A DNA stretch of 64,000 bases from Candidatus Dojkabacteria bacterium (GCA_035444565.1 DAOMOX010000002.1:211207-275206); one strand, 5' to 3'. Counted from the stretch's first letter, positions 38,634 to 50,083 are shown. Translations and numbers: made by a program. The notes: generated by a model from the letters alone, not told the origin.

Positions 38634-39040
38634 CCTTGTCTCGATATGATTCTAGTTAATACAGGTAATTTTTGTGATGCTTTTCGAAGTGCTTCCACTG
38701 CGATTGCTTCATCAACTCCACCAATTTCGAACATTACACGACCTGGCTTTACTACAGCTACATAACCTTCAACACTACCTTTACCTTTACCCATCCTTAC
38801 CTCAGCTGGTTTTTTCGAGTATGGTTTGTGAGGGAATACTCTAATCCAAAGTTTTCCTTTTCTCTTCATCTCTCTAACCAAAGCTTTTCTAGCTGCTTCA
38901 ATCTGTCTACTGTTCACCCAGCTTCGTGTTACAGACTGTAGACCGAAGTCTCCGCTTGAAAGTTCATTACCAGTACTGGCTGTTCCTTTCATTCTGCCTC
39001 TAAATGCTTTTCTGTATTTTGTGTTTGATGGCTGTAACAT
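38630..39040 (-). CDS. rplP: 50S ribosomal protein L16
   Basis: [19 protein letters not shown]…. Confidence 0.95.
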   Translation of the reverse strand: MLQPSNTKYRKAFRGRMKGTASTGNELSSGDFGLQSVTRSWVNSRQIEAARKALVREMKRKGKLWIRVFPHKPYSKKPAEVRMGKGKGSVEGYVAVVKPGRVMFEIGGVDEAIAVEALRKASQKLPVLTRIISRQG

Positions 39041-39042
39041 TA

Positions 39043-39696
39043 TTAAAAATCGCTATCATCTAAATCTAATTTTTCTCCAGTATAAACCCAGACTTTAATT
39101 CCATGTTTACCTGCATTTGGTACTTGTGCATCTACGTAAGCGTAATCAATTTTTGCTCTAAGAGTTTGCATAGGTACTGATCCCCATTGGAATTTCTCTA
39201 CCCTAGCAATCTCTGCTCCTTTGATACGACCGCCAACCCATATTTTGATACCTTTAACATCTGGTGACTTCTTTGCATTTTCGATCTCTCGACTTGCTGC
39301 GAATTTAGGAACTATTCTTCTTACAAGTTGATTTTTAATATTCTCTGCAATCAATCTTGCCTGTATTTCAGGATTTTTAATTTCAAAAACTTTCAATTCA
39401 ACTTCTCCTTTGATCATTTTATTTAGTTCTTTTTTTAATTCCTCGATTCCTGCTCCTCCTCTACCAATAACAACACCAGGTCTAGCAACTCTTACCTCAA
39501 TTATCACTTTATTCATTGATCTTTTTATTTTTACTAAATTCACCCCTGAAGCTTCGATTTTGTTTCGAATGAATTTTTTAATTTTAAGATCATCATGTAA
39601 TAAATCAGCGAACTGCTCTTTCGGTGCATACCAGAAAGATCCCCAGCCTTTGTTGACTCCTATTCTAAAACCTGTTGCGTTTATTTTATTACCCAT
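39043..39696 (-). CDS. rpsC: 30S ribosomal protein S3
   Basis: 217 aa with a KH domain and S3 C-terminus. Confidence 0.95.
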   Translation of the reverse strand: MGNKINATGFRIGVNKGWGSFWYAPKEQFADLLHDDLKIKKFIRNKIEASGVNLVKIKRSMNKVIIEVRVARPGVVIGRGGAGIEELKKELNKMIKGEVELKVFEIKNPEIQARLIAENIKNQLVRRIVPKFAASREIENAKKSPDVKGIKIWVGGRIKGAEIARVEKFQWGSVPMQTLRAKIDYAYVDAQVPNAGKHGIKVWVYTGEKLDLDDSDF

Positions 39697-39707
39697 TGTT
39701 TGTTTAA

Positions 39708-40061
39708 TTAATTTATTTGTTGAACTCCAATAGTTATATGACAGTTTCTTTTTAATATCTGATGATATCTGCCTCTTGCTACTGCCAATCCTCTTTTGAA
39801 GGTTGGCGCTTCATTAACAAATGCTTCGCTAATTACAAGTTTCTTTTTGTCCCAGCTATTGTTATGAACTGCATTACTAATTGCAGAATTAACAACTTTA
39901 AGAACATCCTCAGCAACTGCTTTGTTTGTAAATTTCAAAATATCTAACGCTTTTAAAGCTTCTTTACCTCTTACCAAATCCAAAACCAATCTAGTTTTTC
40001 TAGCTGATGATTTCACATATTTAGTTTTTGCGTATACTGTTTTTTCTGACATTTTAATCAT
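39708..40061 (-). CDS. rplV: 50S ribosomal protein L22
   Basis: 117 aa with the L22 signature. Confidence 0.9.
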   Translation of the reverse strand: MIKMSEKTVYAKTKYVKSSARKTRLVLDLVRGKEALKALDILKFTNKAVAEDVLKVVNSAISNAVHNNSWDKKKLVISEAFVNEAPTFKRGLAVARGRYHQILKRNCHITIGVQQIN

Positions 40062-40362
40062 TTAATACTCTACCAATAGAACCTGTTGCTTTACCAATCT
40101 TACCTTTCTTACTGTGTCCTTGGAATTTCCTGGTTTGTGAAAATTCTCCAAGTTTATGACCAACCATAGACTCAGTAACAAATACATTTATAAAATCTTT
40201 TCCATTATGAACTTCGAAAGTCACCCCAACCATCTCTGGTGAAATTGCACTATCTCTTGCCCATGTTCTGACACCACCTCTTTGACCAGATTGTTCATGT
40301 TTCTCAATTTTTTTTATTAATTTAGGATCAATATATGGTCCTTTTTTACTTGATCTAGACAT
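40054..40362 (-). CDS. rpsS: 30S ribosomal protein S19
   Basis: [15 protein letters not shown]…. Confidence 0.95.
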   Translation of the reverse strand: MSRSSKKGPYIDPKLIKKIEKHEQSGQRGGVRTWARDSAISPEMVGVTFEVHNGKDFINVFVTESMVGHKLGEFSQTRKFQGHSKKGKIGKATGSIGRVLND

Positions 40363-40367
40363 TTTTA

Positions 40368-41237
40368 TTAAACAATAGTTTTATATTTTTTACTTTGTCG
40401 ACCTTTTTTATTTGGTCTTCTTTTAATTATATATTTATTTGTAATTTTATTATTTCTTGTTTTCTTTCCGACTCGATTGCCCCATCGATCCTGTGCTGGA
40501 CCTCCTGGACCGTGTCTACCACTCTTACCTTGACCATCTCCATGTGGATGCTTACCTCCACTCATTGCAACACCTCGAACAGTTGGTCTGAAGCCCATTT
40601 TGCGCTTACGACCAGCTTTTCCTAGTTTTACATTTTTTACATCAATATTGCCAACAGTACCAACAGTAGCCATACACTCTGATCTTACCAATCGAATTTC
40701 TCCGCTAGGCATTTTGAGTTGTGCGTAATCTTGAGTAAATCCTTGGATTTGGATGGCCGAGCCAGCAGCTCTAGCAATTATACCACCATTTCCCCTTGTT
40801 GTCTCAATATTATGAACGAAGGTCGATGCTGGAATGTTCTTCAATGGCATCGCATTTCCAACTTTTGCAGATACTTTTTCACCTGCTATAACAGTATCAC
40901 CAACTTTCAACTTAACAGGAGCCAAAATGTACCTTCTCTCACCATCGATGTATTTTATCAATGCAATGTGAGAAGTTCTGTTTGGATCATATTCAATAGA
41001 TTCTACAGTACCAGGGACATCAAATTTGTCTCTTTTGAAATCAATAATTCTAAATCTTCTTTTTACTCTACCACCCTTGTGTCGAACAGTCTGTTTCCCT
41101 CTGAAGTTCTTACCTGCACTGTATTTAACGTTTTCAAGTAAAGCCTTGTGAGGTTTCTTTTTTGTGAGCCCAGAAAAATCCAATAACTCGGTATTTCTTC
41201 TTGTTGCTGTTGTAGGTTTGAATTGTCTTAAAGCCAT
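40368..41237 (-). CDS. rplB: 50S ribosomal protein L2
   Basis: 289 aa with a G/R/H-rich C-terminus. Confidence 0.95.
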   Translation of the reverse strand: MALRQFKPTTATRRNTELLDFSGLTKKKPHKALLENVKYSAGKNFRGKQTVRHKGGRVKRRFRIIDFKRDKFDVPGTVESIEYDPNRTSHIALIKYIDGERRYILAPVKLKVGDTVIAGEKVSAKVGNAMPLKNIPASTFVHNIETTRGNGGIIARAAGSAIQIQGFTQDYAQLKMPSGEIRLVRSECMATVGTVGNIDVKNVKLGKAGRKRKMGFRPTVRGVAMSGGKHPHGDGQGKSGRHGPGGPAQDRWGNRVGKKTRNNKITNKYIIKRRPNKKGRQSKKYKTIV

Positions 41238-41521
41238 TATTTTATATTAAAAACTTCTATCGAATCGCCTTCTTTCAATGTGACGATTGCTTTTTTATAT
41301 GTAGATCTTCTTCCTTTTTGTCTGGTTTTCCCAAACATAACTTTTTTTCCTAAAACATTTAATAATCTGACGTTTTCGACCTTCACACCGTATTTTTCTG
41401 CTATGGACTTTCCAATAGCAATTTTACCTGCCTTTGGATTCACGATGAATGTATATTGATTCAATTCATCTGCCAATCTCATTGTTTTTTCACTTATTAA
41501 AGGTTTTACTATATTTTCCAT
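41237..41521 (-). CDS. rplW: 50S ribosomal protein L23
   Basis: 94 aa in the operon position. Confidence 0.9.
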   Translation of the reverse strand: MENIVKPLISEKTMRLADELNQYTFIVNPKAGKIAIGKSIAEKYGVKVENVRLLNVLGKKVMFGKTRQKGRRSTYKKAIVTLKEGDSIEVFNIK

Positions 41522-41523
41522 TA

Positions 41524-42177
41524 TTATTCAGATTTTTTATCTTTTTTATCACTCCAGTATTCTTTGATTTTCTCTACTGTTTCTGGAGTTAAAACAATAT
41601 TTTTATATTTTAATACTTGATATGCGTTTAAACTGTTTACTACTTCTGTATCAACAACTTTCAGATTTGATGATGCTTTCATAAGATTTTCATCTTTTGC
41701 ATGTGTGACTATCAAAGTCTTTCCATCAATTTTTGCCTTTTTAAATATATCTGCCAATGTTTGTGTTAATTTTTCATCTTTTAGACCAAATCCTTCGAAA
41801 ATATGTACTACTTTGTCAGTTGCTTTTGTAGTCAATGCTGATCTCATAGCAACTGCTCGTTCTTTTCTGTTCATTGTTAATTTGTGGTTCGCCCAGTTCT
41901 TTGGACCAAATGCAACTCCTCCACCTCGAAAAATTGGGTTTCTGATGGAACCTGATCTTGCACGACCTGTTCCCTTTTGTTTCCATGGTTTTTTACCACC
42001 TCCGCTGACGTCGCCTCTTGTTTTTGAATGTGCATTGCTTTGTCTTTGGTTTGCTAGATATACTTTCAATGCTTTATCTAACAATACTTTGTTAACTTCA
42101 GATTCAAATATATCCTTAGGCAAAGTGATTGTCTTCTCTGATTTACCGCCTGTTTTTGTAAATAAAATCGCTTTCAT
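41524..42177 (-). CDS. rplD: 50S ribosomal protein L4
   Basis: 217 aa with the L4 fold. Confidence 0.9.
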   Translation of the reverse strand: MKAILFTKTGGKSEKTITLPKDIFESEVNKVLLDKALKVYLANQRQSNAHSKTRGDVSGGGKKPWKQKGTGRARSGSIRNPIFRGGGVAFGPKNWANHKLTMNRKERAVAMRSALTTKATDKVVHIFEGFGLKDEKLTQTLADIFKKAKIDGKTLIVTHAKDENLMKASSNLKVVDTEVVNSLNAYQVLKYKNIVLTPETVEKIKEYWSDKKDKKSE

Positions 42178-42178
42178 T

Positions 42179-42799
42179 TTAATCTCTTGATTTAATTAGT
42201 ATATATGCACCTTTGTTACCTGGAACTGCTCCTTTGATTCCTAACAATTCATTTTTCTCGTCAATAAAGACGACTTCTAAGTTCTTTACTGTAACTTGCT
42301 CTCCACCCATTCTACCTGCCATTTTTTTACCTTTGTAAACTCTACCTGGTGTAGTACCTGACCCAATAGAACCTGGTGCTCTCCATCTGTCTGATTGACC
42401 GTGAGTTTTAGGTCCTCCGTGGAAATTCCATCTCTTCACAACACCTTGGAAACCTTTACCTTTTGAGCTTCCCGTGACGGAAACTATTTCTCCATTTTTA
42501 AATTGAGAAACTGTTAGTTTGGAATTTTCATCAATTTCTAGAACTAATTCTCTTATTTCTTTGATGTAGTTAGGTACAAAACCTAGTTTTTTGTATTTAC
42601 CAACTTCAGGTTTATTTGCATTTTTCTTTTTGCCTTTACCTAGGATAGTAGCATTGTAACCATCTTTGTCACTATTTTTAATACCAATGACATAGACATC
42701 ACTGACATCAAGAATTGTGACAGGAATAACTGCCCCATCTTCGTCGTAGATTTGAGTCATCTCTCTTTTTTGTGCCAATAATGCTTTCATCTCTATCAT
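42179..42799 (-). CDS. rplC: 50S ribosomal protein L3
   Basis: 206 aa with the L3 signature. Confidence 0.95.
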   Translation of the reverse strand: MIEMKALLAQKREMTQIYDEDGAVIPVTILDVSDVYVIGIKNSDKDGYNATILGKGKKKNANKPEVGKYKKLGFVPNYIKEIRELVLEIDENSKLTVSQFKNGEIVSVTGSSKGKGFQGVVKRWNFHGGPKTHGQSDRWRAPGSIGSGTTPGRVYKGKKMAGRMGGEQVTVKNLEVVFIDEKNELLGIKGAVPGNKGAYILIKSRD

Positions 42800-42825
42800 T
42801 AATTTTTGTAAGTAAATTTTGTCTC

Positions 42826-42852
42826 TTTATAAAAAATTGAGCCCTAAGGGCT
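42826..42852 (-). terminator. short GC hairpin plus U6 between rpsJ and rplC (attenuator or terminator-like)
   Basis: Minus-strand RNA reads AGCCC-UUA-GGGCU followed by CAAUUUUUUAUAAAG. It sits inside the operon between the S10 and L3 genes. Confidence 0.35.
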
Positions 42853-42945
42853 ACAGTTTATTAGCTGTTTACCTTTTTTATATTTACTCTAGTTTGATTT
42901 CAGGTTTCTCCAATACTGGAAAATTAACCATAAAATATTTATAAA

Positions 42946-43245
42946 TTATTTAATTTCTATCCATACACCTGCAGCAAGCTGTAAGTGTGTGAGCGAATCA
43001 ACTGTTTTACTTGTTGGTTCTATTATATCAATAAGTCTCTTATGTGTGTTTAATTCGAAATGCTCTTTTGATCTACTATCAACATGTGGTGAACGTAATG
43101 TGACAAACTTCATCTTCTTTGTAGGAAGTGGGATAGGACCCAAAGTTTTTGCACCTGTTCGTACTGCAGTCTCGATAATCTGCTCAGCAGCCTTATCTAC
43201 AACTTTACTATCATAACCTTTTATTTTAATTCTAATTTTTTGCAT
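42946..43245 (-). CDS. rpsJ: 30S ribosomal protein S10
   Basis: 99 aa with the IRIKIKGYD…[10 protein letters not shown]10 signature. Confidence 0.95.
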   Translation of the reverse strand: MQKIRIKIKGYDSKVVDKAAEQIIETAVRTGAKTLGPIPLPTKKMKFVTLRSPHVDSRSKEHFELNTHKRLIDIIEPTSKTVDSLTHLQLAAGVWIEIK

Positions 43246-43257
43246 TTATTTAAAAGA

Positions 43258-43296
43258 GCTTTTATCTAAAAGAAGGGATCCTCAATCAGAGGATCC
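43258..43296 (-). terminator. Rho-independent terminator downstream of tuf
   Basis: 9-bp GC stem GGGATCCTC/GAGGATCCC with a 5-nt loop, followed on the minus-strand RNA by UUCUUUUAGAUAA. Confidence 0.7.
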
Positions 43297-43309
43297 CATT
43301 TATTTCATA

Positions 43310-44506
43310 TTATTTAATAATTTTAGTAACAACACCTGCTCCTACTGTTCTTCCTCCCTCTCGAATAGCAAATCTCATTTTCTCTTCGATTGCTGCTGGA
43401 GTTGAAAGTTTTACAGAGAATTTAGCATTATCTCCAGGCATTACCATTTCTGTTCCACTTGGAAGTGTAACTTCTCCGGTTACATCAGTTGTTCGAATGT
43501 AGAACTGAGGTTTGTATCCTGTAAAGAATGCTGTGTGTCTTCCACCTTCGTCCTTGGTCAAGATGTATGCTTCAACTTCAAATTCTGTGTGTGGATTGAT
43601 TGAACCTTTTTGAGCAAGTACTTGACCTCTCTCAATATCTTCTCTTTTTAAGCCTCGGATAAGTACTCCAACATTATCACCAGCCATACCTTCTTCGAGT
43701 TGTTTGTTAAACATCTCTACTCCAGTTACTGTGATTTGTTTGATGGATTCACTTAGACCAACTTGATCGATAACATCACCAACTTTTACTTTACCTCTGT
43801 CAATTCTACCTGTTGCTACTGTACCACGACCCTCGATTGAGAATACGTCTTCTACAGCCATTAAGAATGGTTTGTCGATTTCTCTTTCTGGTTCTGGGAT
43901 AAATGTATCCAATGCATCCATAAGTTCTTGCATTGTTTTATCACCTTCGTCTCCACCTTCTAGACCTTTCTTTGCACTACCTTTGATAATAGGTGTTTCG
44001 TCACCAGGGTATTGGTATTTCTTAAGGATGTCTCGGATTTCTTCTTCTACAAGCATAAGCAATTCTTCGTCCATGTCATCATCAAAAACATTGATGAAAA
44101 CTACGATATGTTCTACACCAACCTGTCTAGCTAAGATGACATGTTCTTTTGTTTGAGGCATTGGACCATCAGCTGCAGATACGACCAAAATAGCACCGTC
44201 CATTTGTGCGGCACCAGTAATCATATTTTTGATGTAGTCTTTGTGACCTGGACAATCAATATGAGCATAATGTCTATTCTCTGATTCGTATTCAACGTGT
44301 GAAGATGCTACTGTAACAATCTTTGTTTTATCTCGAACTACTCCACCTTTTGCAATTTCTGCATATCCTTTTTCTGATGCTGTTCTTCCTTTTCTTTGAG
44401 CAAATGCAATCAATGCTGCTGTTAATGTAGTTTTACCATGATCGATATGACCTAGTGTACCGACATTAATGTGTGGTTTTGTTCTGTCGAATTTTTTGTC
44501 AGCCAT
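43310..44506 (-). CDS. tuf: elongation factor Tu
   Basis: 398 aa with [13 protein letters not shown] and DCPGH motifs. Confidence 0.97.
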   Translation of the reverse strand: MADKKFDRTKPHINVGTLGHIDHGKTTLTAALIAFAQRKGRTASEKGYAEIAKGGVVRDKTKIVTVASSHVEYESENRHYAHIDCPGHKDYIKNMITGAAQMDGAILVVSAADGPMPQTKEHVILARQVGVEHIVVFINVFDDDMDEELLMLVEEEIRDILKKYQYPGDETPIIKGSAKKGLEGGDEGDKTMQELMDALDTFIPEPEREIDKPFLMAVEDVFSIEGRGTVATGRIDRGKVKVGDVIDQVGLSESIKQITVTGVEMFNKQLEEGMAGDNVGVLIRGLKREDIERGQVLAQKGSINPHTEFEVEAYILTKDEGGRHTAFFTGYKPQFYIRTTDVTGEVTLPSGTEMVMPGDNAKFSVKLSTPAAIEEKMRFAIREGGRTVGAGVVTKIIK

Positions 44507-44673
44507 TGTAAAAAACTTAAAATAATAAATAATTATAATTCCATCTTCTGATGGCAGTTTGAATTACATACAAACGAAAAGCTATAAAATAGCCAAAATA
44601 GCGAAACATTTATAACAAATTTAAACTGTTTTCGCAAGTATTTTGTGCTACTGTTTCAAACAAATTCGTTTTA

Positions 44674-46821
44674 TTACGACTTTACTCCCAAAGCTTCATT
44701 TACAAGTCCATCAGGTACTTTTTGGTAATGGCTAAATTCCATCACGGATGTAGCCTTACCTTTACTCATTGATCTAATATCATTAATCCATCCAAACATA
44801 TTACCTAGAGGCACTTCTGCAAATATTTCTTGCACCTTACCTTTTGGATTCATACTCTTTATAACACCTCTTTTTGATGAAAGAGCTCCTGTCACATCTC
44901 CTGCAAATTCGTCAGGTGCTACAACACTTACTTTCATAATTGGTTCCAGTAATATTGGCTTAGCTTTTCTCATAGCTTCTTTCAAACCTTTTGAACCTGC
45001 AATTCTAAATGTATCAGTATTTGAGTCAACATCATGATAAGAACCGTCAGTAAGCGTAACCATAACATCAACAACGGGAAAACCTCCAAGTACACCTGAT
45101 TTCATCGCATCAACCATACCTTTTTCGACGGATGGTACGTATTCAGTAGGAATTGCACCACCTTTGATTTTGTTTACAAACTTGAATCCTGCACCTTGCT
45201 CTTGAGGTTCTATAATAAAGGTGATGTCAGCAAATTGACCTGCACCTCCAGTTTGCTTCTTCAACAGTTCATGATGTTCAACGTTTCCTTCGATTGTTTC
45301 TCTGTATGCTACCTGTGGTTTACCAGCGGTAACATCAATTTTATATTCTCTTTTTAATATATCCATTTTGATTTCAAGATGAAGCTCTCCCATTCCTGAA
45401 ATAATTGTTTGTCCGGTTTCCTTGTTACTTTCTGCCTTAAAAGTAGGATCTTCTTGCATCAATCTTCTTAGAGTTTCACCGAGTTTTTCTTGATCGGATT
45501 TCGTCTTTGGCTCGATTGCCAAACTCACAACAGGCTCTGGGAACTCAATACTCTCAAGAGCAACCGGTCTATCTTCCATACATAGTGTATTACCAGTATA
45601 AGAATCTTTAATCCCAACAAGTCCGACAATGTCACCTGCACGAGCTTTTGAGATATCTTCCCTGTCATTTGCATGCATCAACAATACTCGACCAATTCTT
45701 TCTCGATTTCCTTTAGTACTATTATAAACAGTAGAACCGGCGTTTAGAGTACCACTATAAATCCTAGCGAATGTTAACTGACCAATATGTGGATCAACTG
45801 CAACCTTGAATACCAAAGCTACGAATTCTTCGTCTTCTTTGATTTCTAATTCAACTCGTTCTTTTGTCTCTGTATTAACTGCAACAACTTTTCCGAGTTT
45901 CTCTACAAGTTCTCCAGTCTCAGGATCATGTAATGTGTATACTTTTTGATATGGAGAAGGCAAGTATCGACAAATCGCGTCTAGCAATACCTTTGTATCC
46001 GCCATTCTAGAATCCCCTCCCATAACTGGGAAGATTTTTCTAGCCAATGTGTGCATTCTAAGTGCTGTATAAATTTCATCAACTTCTAATACTCCATCTT
46101 CTAAATATTTCTCCATCAATGTATCGTCTGCTTCCGCAACTTTCTCAACCAAAGTGTCATGGAGTTCTTCTACTCTTGCTTTTATATCAGCAGGAATTTC
46201 GATTTCGACAAATTCTTGTCTTTCTTCGTCAGCATATTGATAAGCTTTCATCGTGACCAAATCAACATATCCACTAATTTCATGCTCTTTTCCAATTGGA
46301 TATTGTATTGCTACAGCATCAGAGCTAAGTTCATCTTGGATTGACTTTAAAGACATCTCGAAGTCACCACCGATTAGATTTAATTTATTTACAAAAGCGA
46401 TTCTAGGAACATTATATTTGTCGGCTTGACCCCATACTTTTCCAGATTGTGGTTCTACTCCCATCTTTCCATCAAAAATCACTACAGCACCATCAAGTAC
46501 TCTAAGTGATCTTTCTACCTCTGCTGTGAAATCTACATGACCTGGTGTATCGATAATATTGATACGATGTATTACATCATTTAGAGTCCATAAACATGTA
46601 GTAGCAGCTGATTGAATTGTGATACCTCTTTCTTTCTCCTGATCCATAAAATCCATGTCTGCACCGCCATCATGAGTCTCCCCGATGTTGTGCTTCTTAC
46701 CAGTGTAAAAGAGAATTCTCTCTGTAGTTGTGGTTTTACCAGCATCAACATGAGCAATAATACCAATATTTCTATAGTTCTGAAGATCTTTAACTACTGA
46801 ATAATCAAATTTTGTAGCCAT
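44674..46821 (-). CDS. fusA: elongation factor G
   Basis: 715 aa with AHVDAGKTTTTE and DTPGHVDF motifs. No rpsL or rpsG lies upstream in the window. Confidence 0.97.
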   Translation of the reverse strand: MATKFDYSVVKDLQNYRNIGIIAHVDAGKTTTTERILFYTGKKHNIGETHDGGADMDFMDQEKERGITIQSAATTCLWTLNDVIHRINIIDTPGHVDFTAEVERSLRVLDGAVVIFDGKMGVEPQSGKVWGQADKYNVPRIAFVNKLNLIGGDFEMSLKSIQDELSSDAVAIQYPIGKEHEISGYVDLVTMKAYQYADEERQEFVEIEIPADIKARVEELHDTLVEKVAEADDTLMEKYLEDGVLEVDEIYTALRMHTLARKIFPVMGGDSRMADTKVLLDAICRYLPSPYQKVYTLHDPETGELVEKLGKVVAVNTETKERVELEIKEDEEFVALVFKVAVDPHIGQLTFARIYSGTLNAGSTVYNSTKGNRERIGRVLLMHANDREDISKARAGDIVGLVGIKDSYTGNTLCMEDRPVALESIEFPEPVVSLAIEPKTKSDQEKLGETLRRLMQEDPTFKAESNKETGQTIISGMGELHLEIKMDILKREYKIDVTAGKPQVAYRETIEGNVEHHELLKKQTGGAGQFADITFIIEPQEQGAGFKFVNKIKGGAIPTEYVPSVEKGMVDAMKSGVLGGFPVVDVMVTLTDGSYHDVDSNTDTFRIAGSKGLKEAMRKAKPILLEPIMKVSVVAPDEFAGDVTGALSSKRGVIKSMNPKGKVQEIFAEVPLGNMFGWINDIRSMSKGKATSVMEFSHYQKVPDGLVNEALGVKS

Positions 46822-46952
46822 CGCAAAAAAATATTAAAAAAATCAAATATGTCAGGGTAGTAATTTCCTGAAGCCAAAAAGATACAACAGAAATTGTTAT
46901 CTCTCAATAAGGATTTTATATGATTGGGGGGAAATTTGCAAAATTGGTGGGA

Positions 46953-47867
46953 TTATATTTTCATTTTTACCTGTGTAATCCCTGTCGCGAGAATTATAAA
47001 AGTTCCACCTAGTATTTGATGATAATTTAAGCTTTCTCCTAGTAATAATAAGGCAAGAATCACAACGAATATCGAAGTCATAGACGACATCATCGTCATA
47101 TAGCTCGCTGTGCCATATTTCAAACTTCTATTCAGAAATGTCCAAAGCATTGCAACGAAAAATCCATTAATTACCATGTAAACAAAATAAGTACTATTTA
47201 ACAAATCTAATTGAAGAACTCTGCCAATATTTTCCGGTAAAAAACCCGAAAAAAGGCTAAATAATATTATCACTGGAATCCCTGCTATTGGTCGTAAGAA
47301 CGCTACAAGTTCACCACTCACTTCTGTCCCGGCAGTTAATTTTCTAACCATGATATTACCAATTGAAAAAGCTACACAAGCTATTAATATAAATAAATCA
47401 CCCCAATGTGGAATTATTGACTTACCTTGAGTGGAGATTAAATAAGCACCAATAAGCATGATTAACGCTGCAAGGAGTTTAGCCCTTGTTAACCTTTCGT
47501 TTAAGAAATATGCTGCGAATAGAATTGTAGTAACCATTCCCAACTTAACTAAGAATCCCGCATTAACCGCTGATGTATTTGCAATACCGAAATTATTACT
47601 TAGACCTCCTATTCCAAAATGTATAGCATTTGCTAGTAAGATCCATTTTAGATATTTGTTATTAAATATATTTCTAAGTTCGTTCTTTTTAAATATTAGC
47701 AATTGTATAAATAGGAATATTGCTGCAAAAAATGCGGTCTGAACCGTAAAAGTTATCGCCTGAGCACCTTCGTTGTAAGCTAGTTTAGCAGTGAAGATTT
47801 GGAATGCCCAAAAGATTGATAAGAACAATACATTTATAAAAGGCTTACGTAATAACTGCTTATTCAT
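46953..47867 (-). CDS. DMT-superfamily (EamA-like) transporter
   Basis: 304 aa with 10 TM helices and the duplicated EamA-type architecture. Confidence 0.6.
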   Translation of the reverse strand: MNKQLLRKPFINVLFLSIFWAFQIFTAKLAYNEGAQAITFTVQTAFFAAIFLFIQLLIFKKNELRNIFNNKYLKWILLANAIHFGIGGLSNNFGIANTSAVNAGFLVKLGMVTTILFAAYFLNERLTRAKLLAALIMLIGAYLISTQGKSIIPHWGDLFILIACVAFSIGNIMVRKLTAGTEVSGELVAFLRPIAGIPVIILFSLFSGFLPENIGRVLQLDLLNSTYFVYMVINGFFVAMLWTFLNRSLKYGTASYMTMMSSMTSIFVVILALLLLGESLNYHQILGGTFIILATGITQVKMKI

Positions 47868-48628
47868 AATAAATAAATTTGAATAAACTCAATTAACCCA
47901 TCATCCTTAAAATCGCCGATCACTAAATCAGCCCGAGATTTCACTTCATCCTCAGCATTACCCATTGCTACCTTGACTCCACATTCATTTAACATCGGCA
48001 TATCACCGATACTATCTCCTACGCCAAGAGTCTCATCCGTTTTCAACTTTAATACATTTTTCACATATTTCACACCTTCACCTTTAGATACTTCTTTGTT
48101 TGTTATATGTATATGCGCACCATCGGGATAGAAAGAACTCACTAAGGTTGAAATATGGAAATTGTCCGCAATCGGCTCTATGATATCCAAGACTTCTCTA
48201 GTTTTTACCTTTGAATCTGTGTTGATTGACAAGATGGTAATGTCCTCTTCACCTACGTCTTTAATATCATCAATCCAATTTCCATTAACACAAACCCCAT
48301 AGAAACAGTCCATTGGATTGGTCAGATCAATTAATTTGTTGATTTCATCTTTTGATAATGATTTTTCATACTCATATTTCATACTAGGGGCTAACACTTT
48401 ACTACCAGTTTCGAGGACATGATAAAATTCGTTTAAACCACCTTTTTTAATAATTCTACCAGCACTATTCACACTTCTACCAGTACACAACGAAACTTGG
48501 TATTTTTCAGCCAATTTTGATAAGGCGTTTAACATTTCATCCGAAACAGGAGTCATATAGTTTTTGGCAATAACACCATCAACGTCAAGAAATATTAATT
48601 TTACTTTGTCAAAATCTATTTTTTTCAT
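47864..48628 (-). CDS. HAD-superfamily hydrolase (Cof/IIB-like phosphatase)
   Basis: Motif I FLDVDGVI, plus C-terminal motifs GDSIGDMPML and KVAMGNA. Confidence 0.7.
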   Translation of the reverse strand: MKKIDFDKVKLIFLDVDGVIAKNYMTPVSDEMLNALSKLAEKYQVSLCTGRSVNSAGRIIKKGGLNEFYHVLETGSKVLAPSMKYEYEKSLSKDEINKLIDLTNPMDCFYGVCVNGNWIDDIKDVGEEDITILSINTDSKVKTREVLDIIEPIADNFHISTLVSSFYPDGAHIHITNKEVSKGEGVKYVKNVLKLKTDETLGVGDSIGDMPMLNECGVKVAMGNAEDEVKSRADLVIGDFKDDGLIEFIQIYLL

Positions 48629-48630
48629 AT

Positions 48631-49155
48631 TTAAAATTTATCTCTATAACCCAGACTATGCATAAATTTAGGATACTCTCCTTTCTTTTGAAGATAGCTT
48701 GGTAAAACTTCATAAATATATAATTCTTCTAGCAATCTGAAGATCACAATAAAAACGGTGAGAGCAATTGGATGATATTTCAGAACAACAATCCATAAAT
48801 ACACTATCTCAAATAAATTGGGGAAAACGATGAAATATCTTGGGTTTTTGGTTTTTATGTAGAAGTATTGACCAACAAGTCTGAAAATGAAGAATGTTAT
48901 CAGAAGGAGTGAAAATTCAATTCTTAAGCCTATTATCAACATGACCACATAGTCGAACCAGTCTAATGGTTTATCAATACGATGGTATTGTTCAGGGCTA
49001 AATCCACATCTATGTTTGAGTATGTACCCATCAATGAAATCCATTATCAATACACACACAAAACCTAATACTGGCCAAACAAACATTGATAGTGCTGCAG
49101 ATATTCTTAAGAAGATGATTGTTGCTATGATGTTTTTATTGGAATTCTTCATCAA
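48631..49155 (-). CDS. small polytopic membrane protein, weak CDP-alcohol-phosphatidyltransferase-like motif
   Basis: 174 aa with a DFIDGYILKHRCG…D…D pattern that loosely resembles the CDP-OH phosphatidyltransferase motif. The resemblance is weak. Confidence 0.35.
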   Translation of the reverse strand: MMKNSNKNIIATIIFLRISAALSMFVWPVLGFVCVLIMDFIDGYILKHRCGFSPEQYHRIDKPLDWFDYVVMLIIGLRIEFSLLLITFFIFRLVGQYFYIKTKNPRYFIVFPNLFEIVYLWIVVLKYHPIALTVFIVIFRLLEELYIYEVLPSYLQKKGEYPKFMHSLGYRDKF

Positions 49156-49204
49156 TATTTGAAGTTCATGAGATAATAAGTCAATATTAGCAATTATATA
49201 TCAA

Positions 49205-50083
49205 ATGATTAAAGTAGACACTCAAGTACCTGATTTTCCTATCCTTCTTAGAGTGTTTGGAAATTATCCAGTAAGTAATTTAGATTTAATTCCACAGGTC
49301 TTTCTGAAACATATGTATATTCTTACGACATCTGATTATGGAGAGCTAGACGACCTCACTGAAAGATTCGGTAGACAGGTAATAAATACAGAAATTGACA
49401 GAGAAATGGCTATCAGAAATTCGGGTGCATTTTTAAATTCTGGGATAGAGCGAATCAGAGAAAACGGGTATGATCAGGTTTTATTAATGGCATCTGGTTA
49501 TGAAACTTCATTTGGGAGGGTTATTGGTTTATTAAATAGAGCAATAAATCAGTTCATTAGACAAGACATAATATATTTTATACTACCAAGTATACATTAC
49601 GATGGCAGATTGCCTGAAAAAGAACTTGATGTCATTTCCGATATAGGTTTAGTTTTCCCGAGCGAGAGTATGGCATGGTTAGACTTAATTTCATTTAAGA
49701 GTTTTGAACCAGAATTAAGTATGAAAGGTACGCTAGGCTCTACAGATAGAGGAATCCCACTGGGTGGAATAGAGCTAATGATTACAATTATGAAGGACTA
49801 TGCTCAGAATGGAACAATACCTACAATGACCGGGATAAATTCTCCTCATATTATACGAAGTGAAGGGTCACCTTATCTGGACGAATTCGGTGGGACAAGG
49901 CATGATAAGCCGGTATCTGTAGAGGCAACACCAAACGATATTAAACGGGAAAGAAGATTATTAACAATTGAATCTGCATGCAGGAAATTAGGTTTAGAAC
50001 TAGAAGGACTCTCAGATCTTTTTCAGAATACCTGCATAATAGGAGAATACGAACTATCAGAGGTAAACTCAAATTATCAATAA
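49205..50083 (+). CDS. hypothetical protein (292 aa)
   Basis: Good ORF with no motif recognised. It overlaps the downstream minus-strand gene by 15 nt. Confidence 0.5.
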   Translation: MIKVDTQVPDFPILLRVFGNYPVSNLDLIPQVFLKHMYILTTSDYGELDDLTERFGRQVINTEIDREMAIRNSGAFLNSGIERIRENGYDQVLLMASGYETSFGRVIGLLNRAINQFIRQDIIYFILPSIHYDGRLPEKELDVISDIGLVFPSESMAWLDLISFKSFEPELSMKGTLGSTDRGIPLGGIELMITIMKDYAQNGTIPTMTGINSPHIIRSEGSPYLDEFGGTRHDKPVSVEATPNDIKRERRLLTIESACRKLGLELEGLSDLFQNTCIIGEYELSEVNSNYQ

